A DNA stretch of 64,000 nt. It comes from Macrostomum lignano (taxonomy: Eukaryota). The notes beneath the pieces are model-generated. The model was given only the letters and a program-made list of their open reading frames with translations, ran no database searches and was not told where the DNA came from. Below, piece by piece: positions 35,831 to 45,999 of the stretch. Within the stretch, counting starts at the first letter, position 1, and the number at the start of each line of letters is the position of its first letter. The stretch is taken from NCBI GenBank assembly GCA_002269645.1, contig NIVC01002734.1, positions 62,001 through 126,000 on the forward strand, given 5' to 3'. A program made the position numbers and the translations under genes.

Positions 35831-38800
35831 CGCGTGCTATCATCTACTAGTGTTGTGAGTGCTAAGGGCGATCGAAGGACTAATGAAGAAGCATATTATC
35901 CGATTTCTTTTAGAGGAGATCTATGCCAGTTATTTATCTTCTCGTTTAATTAGCAGTGAGTAAAAAAATACGACAATTATATGCTGCCGCTTATAGACTC
36001 TACAATATCATCAGCAGAATACGTAAATTGAAGTCGTTTGAAACAAGAGTACGTAGATGGTAAGATGGCATGTATTTAGCTTCTTCCTAGTGAAATCAGT
36101 GAATTGTGTTGGTCGCTTACAGAACCTATTCAGCTTCTCCGCTCATAGTCACTCCAGCATCAAGTGCTAACAATGCAGATTAGCTATGAACTGTATTGGA
36201 ATGCTTTGCATCATGCATTTGCATTTTAAATACAAGGACTTTTTCTCTCGTTCATTGGCAGGTATCGAGATGAGACAAAGCAATGTGCATTATGCTGCTG
36301 CCGATGCACAGGACGCAAGAGTGCACGCAGGATCCTCGTGAGGTGAAAGAAGACGACGGTGACGACTACGACATGTATGACTATTCAGCCACATTGGACA
36401 GAAATTAGCTGTTAGCCGACGTAGCCGTATAAATGTTTGGTCACACTTCTCTGTGCCCGTGGCGTATGCAACATTTAATCCATGACCTCTTTGCAATATT
36501 GCACTACCATCAAACGCTGACGCTCTTTTTCTCGCTCTGTAATGCTGTAACCAGTTTTTTGTCCCCCCCCTTGTCGAGTTTGAGAGAACTATGCAGCGCA
36601 TTTTTTCGACAAGAGTTTTTCATTGTCTTTTGTCAATGTGCAGTTTTACGGGTACATGTATATACTTAACTGAGTATTGTAAACATGTGCCTCTAAAATA
36701 AAACAGACTTCACTGCTTTTAACTATGCTTTTTACGATAATTCGCTCTGTCATGTCCTGAAACATTCCTGTTTTATCGAATTCTCTTTTGATGATGACAC
36801 AAATATGGTCACAAAGAATAGTGGGAGGTAGAGCCATATGGCGCGAGGTATAAAGTGATTTTACATGATTTTACATGATTTTACGAGAGGTATGATTTTA
36901 CATTACAGTAGTCTCAATAGTTTATCTCCCCCTATTGGCCTCCCTTTCTCCTTCTCGCCCTCTGTCTCTGCAGCACCTGTTGGTTAAAAATGAGAGGAAA
37001 GCTCGGCAAGAAAAGCCTCTGTGGAAAAGTCTCGTGCTCTCATAGCCTGACATCCTGCCACTTTTTAAATAGCCATGACTTTCCTGGTACATGGACATTT
37101 ACATACGTAAGTTGTTTCCATCGGATTGAGACATGATTTATAACTAGTATAAGTATATTAGTAATAGTAAATTCAGTCAGTCTTATCATATACGAGCAGT
37201 GGCGGATCTAGAATTTCATTTTGGGAGGGGGCGGTCCAAGTTTGGGAGGCCAACATGAGTAATGAGGGGCACCAATTATGAGGGGGTGCAAAAATGCTGT
37301 ACTGCTGAAAATAACGAACGGGAAACACGGATTGCATGTTATTAATTTAAATACGTACGAGTATTTGATTTGAGAAGCACAATATCGGGGAAAAGTTTTG
37401 CCTTCTCTGTGACGTGCTTGGCAAGTGCACATGCACTAGCTACATGGGGGGGTTCATAAGACCGAAATTTCACAACGCCGAAACCATACTTCACAAGACC
37501 GATACTTCATAAGACCGAAATTTCACAACGGCGGAGTTTTAACAAAAGCTCTCAGCCAATCGGAAAATTCAGCGTGCGTTAAAACAAATCGGCCGCGTGA
37601 GAGCTATAAAAGGCGGCAACTCTAACTGCGCTCGAAATATCTCCCGGTTTTTGTCCTTGCCAATGCCTGGGGCGCTCAACTTGGCCTGATACGGCCTTCT
37701 GGCTCTTCCCCCTACGGTCCTGCCGATCTGATCCTCCTTCCCCCGGCAGTTTCGTCTTCAAAAGCTAAGTTCCCCCTGAGAAGCATCATCAATATCTCCC
37801 GGCAGTGATCTAAGAGCATGAGCAGCAACGACAACCGGCAAGTGAGGAGCAACAGCGTCGCGCGTCAGTTAAGATCAGCAGCAGCATACCATCTGAGTGT
37901 TTCGGTCTCTGTGGATTCCTTGGCTACCGGCAGATAGGTCCTCTGATTGGTTGGGTGAGAGGCTCTTTTGACCTGCTTAACTGGGTGCACCCTTTGTCTG
38001 ACCCCTTCCTAGGTAGTCTGATAGGATTTGCACTTTTGCTTACTTGCTTTTGTGTGCCAATCTCGAGGCAGAAGTGTCAGTTAATATTAAAATTAGCCAT
38101 TTGCTCGAACTCAATCTAAAGTGTTTAGGATTGCGGATTAAGTGAGAAAGCTAAATCTGGAAGTTAAAGACTTGGCGTTTTCATTCTTTTTCGCAATACC
38201 AGCTGAGATGAGCGGCTTAATCTAGAGGCAGAGGTCACGGTGGACCGGAAGCGGCACAGTTCCCAGTCAATCAGTCGATCTAAGAAATCATTATGTTAAG
38301 CATGCAAATTAAGTGCCAGACTGGCGCTTTCGCGCTGTCTCAGGCAGCTAAGCGGCTAAAACGAGATAAATATTAGTCTGAAGGTCTCCAAAAGTGACAA
38401 TACATCTACACCATCGTTATCTGTCGACGTGTTTACACATTTAGTGCCAAAAGCGTGCAGTTACGTGTACTTATGCATGTACTTCTGGGAATTCGGTAAT
38501 GAAATAGTACATTTAGTAGTGTATGAAGGCTCGCCAGCGCAAGAACCCCCTGCAAAAGTCCTCTCTGTCCCTGCATGGCCAATGCGATCTTAGTCCCAGC
38601 AGCGTCCCTTCTATTCGGCTATGACTTCGAGATAGACAGCTAAAAGACACTAGATGGCAGGTAAGTGCAGTGCCCCTCTAGTCGGAAGTCCGATTTCGAT
38701 AGCTCCGGTTTGGTGAGCCGGGGCGCACGGACTGGTGGTAGCGGGTTAGTTAATCTGCGGATTAGCTAATCTCTACCTTTCAAATTCTCCCTGCTTGTCT

Positions 38801-39145
38801 CTCGCTGTCTTCTCCTAGCTATAGGACCTTGCTGCTCGCCCACAATCTAGCTACCATGGGGCTGACCATCTGACAGGAGTGAGAGGCCAGAGTTCTAAGT
38901 GATTCATTTCCGAATTCTGAGGCCCGAAGCTATAGGCTTAGAAAGGCCGAACCCATCAAATTGAAGAGAATGTCAGTTTTGATGAGCTACAGGTAAGTTT
39001 ATCCCTTGCTCAAATTTCTGCCGAGGAAAAAGCCTGATCTATTTACTACATAAGTGGCTACGTTTACACAAAAATGCACAAAAACTTGACTAAAAATGCA
39101 TTCTGCTCGCTGAGCCGTGGAGTGGATTTCAGCTGGACTACAGTA

Positions 39146-39758
39146 CAGTATGGCTAGGAAAGAAGTGCATTTGGGATAACTCCAGTAGTGGAATATAAAG
39201 GAAACTCCAGCATTGGAGCGAGTACTGGATCGCTGATATAAATCCAGCATTGGAGCATCGGTGCTGGCTCCAATGCCGGAATTTCCTTATGCTCTAATGC
39301 TGGAGTCATACATGTATCAGCTCCAATACTGGAGCTTCGGTTTTGGCACCGGAAAAGTGCAAATAACTCTACCGGACGACCTTCTGGCGCTCTGGGACCG
39401 GCGCCAATCGACTCAGGGGGCCGAAATCTATCAGAAAATGTTGGTCGCATAGGCGCGAAAGGCACTCTGCAAATGCCAAAAAAATGTATCCCCGGCCTAG
39501 GTGTACTTGTCAAATTCACACCTTATCAACCTGCTGCCGGTAAAGATTCTGCAAGTAAACCGGCTGTCCTGCAACTTGCAACTAATCAAAACTACGCAAG
39601 CCGCTGAGCAGTGTCGCACTAAACTGCACGCTAAAATCTACCATCAATCTATAGTATTGGAGTCTACAAGGCTTCAATGCTGGAGTTTCCTTTATATTCC
39701 ACTTTTGTACCTTTGTACTGGAGTTATGCCAAAATGCACTTCTTTCCGAGCCATACTG
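39146..39758. mobile_element. Small foldback/MITE (Tc1-like CAGT start) in the FB2 spacer
   Basis: Inverted termini CAGTATGGCT(A/C)GGAAAGAAGTGCATTT...ATAACTCCAGT plus internal CTCCAGCATTGGAG repeats. TA precedes the left end, but the right flank is TT, so the TSD is not confirmed. Confidence 0.6.
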
Positions 39759-40059
39759 TTCCCCAAAACGATAGATTTGGCGCATGAAATTATACTCGAT
39801 AATAGGTAAAGAAATTCTGCACCAGCAGTACTTTACCGCTTGTCAAAATATTGAATAGTTGCTGAGATATCGATGCTACAATTTCGGTGAATTTCCAGTG
39901 CTCTTCAAATCAGCGCAAAATACGTTTTTTAGTCCAGCTCAATCCACTTCACGGCTTCGTGTGGATTCACTTGCAATCAGTAAAAGTGGCAAAAGTAGAG
40001 ATCTGTTTTGGTTGTTAAATATTAAGCTTGCATGCAAAGGTATTATTAACTACCAAATA

Positions 40060-40730
40060 GCAGCACACAGGGACTCAATTCCAGTGTTTTTTAGAGCGAG
40101 GTGCTTGCCATCAGCTCCTGTGTGGTGCCAGAGCTGTTCGAAGGCAGCTTAGCTTGCAGTCAGAAATTTATTTTTCACTCCGACAGCCAAGCAGCCCTTC
40201 TGCCCGTCTGCTGCAGCACCACCAACTCCAGATCTGTCCTGGACTGCAACGCCCGGCTCCATGCAGGGCTTGCGCTGGGCAACCAGCAGGTGGAGCTCAA
40301 ATTGACCCCGGCCTACGATGTCATGGTTTCCATCCCGGCAAGGCTGGCTCCGCCGGCACGCTTCTGGACCGGGCCCAGGGGCCCCCACCCCTGCGCCTCG
40401 GTGATTAACTCCCGCGTCAAGCACTGGGCTGACTCTTAGCATCTCCGCAGGTGGCAGGATCAACACTCGAAATTGCAGGAAATCCCGTGCTGCTGTCCCC
40501 CTGCGTAGAGCCTTCCTTAGGCTCAACCTCAGGGATCTTAAGAGCATTTACATGTACATGGGCCCTCTCCGGGCATGCATGGCTGCTTCTCTCGCCACCG
40601 CTTCCTTCAGGGCCAGGTACTTGAGGAGCCGTGCGCGGTGCCCCAAGCTCTTCTGCCGCTCAACAGGCAGTAAAAACGCAGAACAATTTATCTGCCACTA
40701 CCTGGTCTTCACCACTCACTCACCCCGGCC
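40060..40730 (+). pseudogene. Decayed RNase H plus C-terminal zinc-knuckle region of a non-LTR retrotransposon in the FB2 spacer
   Basis: Motifs SVF..EVLAISSC, FHSDSQAAL and FWTGPRGP; downstream GCFSRHRFLQGQ and NAEQFICH. Confidence 0.8.
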
Positions 40731-43700
40731 CAACTCTCCGATGCTTGCAGGCCCGAGAGCATATCGATGCTCACCCGGTACCTCAGCTGAGTTTTCCCCA
40801 CCGCCGGTGAGGAGGACCGTGCTGCAAGCGAGACCGACGCCCCCGGAAGGGACATCACTTCGATGGAAGTCATTCATGGTCGCCAGAGGCTAGCGGAATT
40901 GGGCGGTCTTCTTCGCCTCCTGATCGCTGCATCCGCCGGATGATCTCCTCTGCAGCTAGGTCAAACATACTCGTGTGCATACTGGCACTAATCCATGATT
41001 GAACATACATGTAGGTGAAATACTTGCGTGAGTTGCGTCAGTGTCAATACGCTCTTGCTCCAAAATACTTGAGCTCTTGTGCTAATCTCCATTCTAGCCG
41101 TGCTTGCTTTTGCTAGTGCGAGCTTGTTCATGCAACCCAATTTTGGTGCTATTTTTAAGCCTAGCTTACTTGAGGTAGCAAATTAGCCAGACTATGTGGA
41201 TAGTTTGCCATTAGCTAAGGATAGTTTAACATTCTGAGCAGGATGAGAGAATTTTCAGGCCGCCGCGATCCGAAATTCAAACCGCGACTTGCAGTCTGGT
41301 CAATTCTTTTGCACGAACGAAATTTCTCAAATAAGTGTAACACAAAGTGAAAAAATTAGAAAACTACTTGGACGATTTGACCTTTCAAAACTGCACTAAA
41401 ATGCGTGGCGCAACAGCCAAATTACCGGGTGACATCGATCGAGCAAAAGTGCTTTTTTATTTAAGTGCAAAAATTACAGCTCTCAATAAACGCAAAGGTA
41501 ATGTGCCGCTTGGATAGAAAAACTTTATGCAGCTACGCAAAAACAACTGAAGTAATACGCGCAACATAGAGCTGCCCGCAAAAACTTCAGCTACACAGCA
41601 ACTACAAACCGCTGGTACAGGACTGCGCATCGCCAGGGTGAGTCCCACGAACACGCATCACTTCAGACAATCGTTCAGATAATAAACATAGTTATTAAAT
41701 AACCCTCACTTTGCCACTGTTCGTTAAGGTCGAAACGGAACCGGACTGGATGATAGCACGCGGAGCAGCGATCGTCCTCCGCTTGAGCCGGCGGTCACTG
41801 CAGCCGAAGCGGCAGGCAGCAAACAGTCCTGCGATCGTCCTCCGCTTGAGCCGGCGGTCACTGCAGCCGAAGCGGCAGGCAGCAGACAGTCCTGCGATCG
41901 TCCTCCGCTTGAGCCAGTGGTCACTGCAGCCGAAGCCGCAGCATTCATCGGATCCTTGCAAAATAAAATATCTTTTCTGGCATTCCAAATCCCAAATGGC
42001 TTTCATAAACGCACAGTTCCCCGTTGGAAAGCCGAATACAAAGTGCGGCGTCAGCGTTAGCTGACTCGCATGTACGCACCAGAAATGGTGAGAGTGAAGC
42101 GTCTGAAGTAAATAATGATGCATAGTCTTCTTCTCAGTTTTGAACATAAATGGAGACAGTACTCAAGGGCACAGTGGGAGATAGCCTGGAAGTGGTTGCC
42201 ATGGAAGGGGTAGCCTGGGAGAGTAGCCTGGAAGAGCTGCCTGGGAGGGTTAGACTGGAAGGGCTGCCTGCGAGGGGTAGTCTCGGAGCGCTGCCTTGGA
42301 GGGGTAGAGTGGAAGAGGAGCCTGAGAGGGGTTGAGTAAGAGGGGTAGCCTGGCAAGAGTAGCCAGGAAGGGTAGCCTAGGAGCGCTGTCTGGAAGAGGT
42401 TGATGAGAGATGAAGCCCGGAAGGCCGGCAGGATGTGGAGAAGCCGGCAGGATGTGGAGAAGCCGGCAGGGTGTGGGGAAGGGTAGCAGGGAGTAGGGAA
42501 GTCCAGCAGGAAGTGGGGAAGCCGGCAGGGTGTAGGGAATGCCAGAAGGGAGTGGGAAAGGCCTGCATTGATGGGGAAGGAAAGCAAGGTGTAGGGAAAG
42601 CCTGCATTGGTAGTGAAGATTACCAGGGTGTGGGGAAAGACAGCAGGGTGTGGGGAAGGACAGCAGGGTGTGGGGAAGGGTAGCAGGGAGTAGGGAAGGC
42701 CAGCAGGATGAGGGGAAGCAGGCAGGGTGTGGGGAAGGCCGGCAGGGTGTGGGGAAGGGTAGCAAGGAGTAGGGAAGGCCAGCAGGATGTAGGGAAGGCC
42801 GGCAGGGTGTGGGGAATGCCAGCAGGGAGTGAGGAAGGCCTGCATTGATGGGGAAGGACAGCAGGGTGTGGGGAAGGGTAGCAGGGAGTAGGGAAGGCCA
42901 GCAGGATGTGGGGAAGGACAGCAGGGTGTGGGGAAGGGTAGCAGGGAGTAGGGAAGGCGAGCAGGATGTGGGGAAGCTAGCAGGGTGTGGGGAAGGCCAG
43001 CAAGGAGTAAGGAAGGCTGGCAAGGGTGTGGGGAAGGCCAGCAGGGTGTGGGGAATGCCAACAGGGAGTGAGGAAGGCCTGCATTGATGGGGAAGGACAG
43101 TAGGGTAGGGGAAAGACAGCAGGGAATTGGGGAAGGACAGCAGGGTGTAGGGAAAGCCTGCATTGGTAGTGAAGACAAGCAGGGTGTGGGGAAGGACAGC
43201 AGGATGTGGGGAAGGGTAGCAGGGAGTAGGGAAGGCCAGCAGGATGTGGGGAAGCAGGCAGGGTGTGGGGAAGGCCGGCAGGGTGTGGGGAAGGACAACA
43301 GGGTGTGGGGAAGGGTAGCAGGGAGTAGAGAAGGTCAGCAGGATGTGGGGAAGCCGGCAGGGTGTGGGGAAGGCCGGCAGGGTGTGGGGAAGGGTAGCAA
43401 GGAGTAGGGAAGGCCAGCAGGATGTGGGGAAGGCCGGCAGGGTGTGGGGAATGCCAGCAGGGAGTGAGGAAGGCCTGCATTGATGGGGAAGGACAGCAGG
43501 GTGTGGGGAAGGGTAGCAGGGAGTAGGGAAGGCCAGCAGGATGTGGGGAAGGCCGGCAGGGTGTGGGGAATGCCAGCAGGGAGTGAGGAAGGCCTGCATT
43601 GATGGGGAAGGACAGCAGGGTGTAGGGAAAGCCTGCATTGGTAGTGTAAGGCAAGCAGGGTGTGGGGAAGGACAGCAGGGTGTGGGGAAGGGTAGCAGGG

Positions 43701-45999
43701 AGTAGGGAAGGCAAGGCCAGCAGGATGTGGGGAAGCCGGCAGGGTGTGGGGAAGGCCGGCAGGGTGTGGGGAAGGGTAGCAAGGAGTAGGGAAGGCCAGC
43801 AGGATGTGGGGAAGGACAGCAGGGTGTGGGGAAGGGTAGCAGGGAGTAGGGAAGGCGAGCAGGATGTGGGGAAGCTAGCAGGGTGTGGGGAAGGCCAGCA
43901 AGGAGTAAGGAAGGCTGGCAAGGGTGTGGGGAAGGCCGGCAGGGTGTGGGGAATGCCAGCAGGGAGTGAGGAAGGCCTGCATTGATGGGGAAGGACAGCA
44001 GGGTAGGGGAAAGACAGCAGGGTATGGGGAAGGACAGCAGGGTGTAGGGAAAGCCTGCATTGGTAGTGAAGACAAGCAGGGTGTGGGGAAGGACAGCAGG
44101 ATGTGGGGAAGGGTAGCAGGGAGTAGGGAAGGCCAGCAGGATGTGGGGAAGGCCGGCAGGGTGTGGGGAAGGGTAGCAAGGAGTAGGGAAGGCCAGCAGG
44201 ATGTGGGGAAGGCCGGCAGGGTGTGGGGAATGCCAACAGGGAGTGAGGAAGGCCTGCATTGATGGGGAAGGACAGCAGGGTGTGGGGAAGGGTAGCAGGG
44301 AGTAGGGAAGGCCAGCAGGATGTGGGGAAGCTGGCAGGGTGTGGGGAAGGCCAGCAAGGAGTAAGGAAGGCTGGCAAGGGTGTGGGGAAGGACAGCAGGG
44401 TAGGGGAAAGACAGCAGGGTATGGGAAAGACAGTAGGGTGTGGGGAAGGCTAGCAGGATATGGGAAAAGCCAGCAAGGTGTGGCCATGTGGGAAGGCCAA
44501 CAAGATACAATGAAGGCCAAGCAGGATACATTGAAGAGCAGCAAGGTTTGTGAAAGACAGCAGGGTATGGAAAAGGCCTATAAAAGACAATGAAGGGCAG
44601 CAAGGTATGGGAAAGGCTTGTATTGATAAGAAAAGGTAGCAAGTGTTGTAGGAAGGCCATTGGGGTAAGGTATGGTAAAGGGCAGTAGGGTGTAACCATG
44701 TAGGGAAGGCTAGCAGGTTATGGGGAAAGGGAAGGTTAAAAAAACAAAAAATATAGAACCTCTAAATACTAAATACTAATTTCAGGCTTAACCTATAACA
44801 TAAAATAGTAGAATAGAACCCAATTTATCAATAAAATAAAAAATAAAAAATACATCCATTTATGGAATTTTATGCTAGCTCAGCTAGTTGTACTACATAT
44901 ATATAATAGGCTATTAGTATAGTATATTAGAACCCTAAATTATGGTTGTTCAATATATCTATCAATATAGCTAGCTTTACTAAATAGTTTCTCTCCTAAA
45001 CTCAGGATTCAGGGTTCAGAAAAAAGAATATTGAATATATAGCCCTAGGCCTAGCTTAGTCACACAGTTATTGCATTCAGTTACAAAATTGTGCATAGGC
45101 CTAGCTACAAACTGAAACTGAGCGCCATCCAAGTTCACTAATTGAACTTTAAGTCGAGTTGTATTGTTCTCCTGTTCTAATATTAATTCGCTGGGCCTAT
45201 TAATATTGTGGAAATAATAAACAGCTAGTAGGCCTACATAAAATAATGTTAAATGTTAACACTTACACTTGTAACTAAGTCATCCTGACCTAATTTTTAT
45301 CTAGCATTCTAGTGACACTAAAATACTGTACTAGAGAATAGTAGCGTAGTAGGTTAGTAAAATCGCTAGGCCTACTTTGCATTAGTGAACTAAAAAATAA
45401 GCAGAAACGTCTGTTCAAATTTGTGCCATATTTGGCCCTTGTGCGCATAAAAAAGGCGGTCTATAGCATGCTACTGTATCATATAGCATGATACGGACTG
45501 CCTTATAGGCGGTTTTTGCCGTGTTCTATACCGCCTAACGTGTATATACGGCTGCTATCGACGGGTATTATCTGCCTTTAAGGAAAATGCTCTCAAGGAA
45601 AAGGCTAAAAAAAGGTTAAGGCTCTTGTGAAGAGGTATTTTTGAGCCTTACGTTGTGTCACGGGTGATACATCTTACTAATACATTTTCGTACACAAAAC
45701 ATGTATTGACCGCTTCTGAAGCCGAAAAAAACGTGTCCTATTCTGCTACGTGTTTGTGACACGGCTGGCAGATAAAAGGGCGACAGTCAAAAGGGCGACA
45801 GTCAAAAGGGCGACAGTTACAGTGTATTTATATTGAAAATACGAGTTCCACGTACATTAAAAGTATTTGTTAAAAGCAGTAAACATGTATCATACTTGTA
45901 TTTGTTAAAATGCGTTGTTAAAATTGTACGAGCAGTTAAAATGGGGTTGTATAAAAGCTGGACACGTATTGGACTCACTATTAAATGTTAAAATGTGGT

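Larger units (their letters stand above)
31863..45554. mobile_element. Giant foldback element FB2 (inner); left arm ~31865-35844, spacer 35845-41748, right arm 41749-45551
   Basis: The arms are reverse complements, with indels. Direct repeat CTATCGAC at 31855-31862 and 45555-45562; the uninterrupted site ATACCTATCGACGGG is present in reverse complement in FB1's left arm at ~19630-19644. Confidence 0.88.
19426..45768. mobile_element. Giant foldback element FB1 (outer), interrupted by FB2; left arm 19426-24660, spacer 24661-26392, right arm 26393-31862 plus 45555-45768
   Basis: 19633-24660 is the reverse complement of 26393-31862, and 19426-19640 is the reverse complement of 45555-45768. The flanks are direct CAGATAAAA(G) repeats (19417-19425 and 45769-45777). 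Confidence 0.88.

Noticed and set aside
36200-36850. Possible hAT transposase remnant (SAFDGSAIL...; HTCRSRHRRLL)
   Set aside because: The resemblance to DGA/CxxH motifs is too weak to call without a profile search.
37197-37530. CAGTGGCGGATCTAG and TTCATAAGACCGA motifs resembling transposon ends
   Set aside because: No matching inverted partner or TSD was found in the window.
32716-44699. 625-, 932-, 764-, 466- and 413-aa Pro/His/Leu/Cys-rich ORFs
   Set aside because: They derive from the C-rich minisatellite, which lacks stop codons in several frames; there are no domains and the composition is low-complexity.
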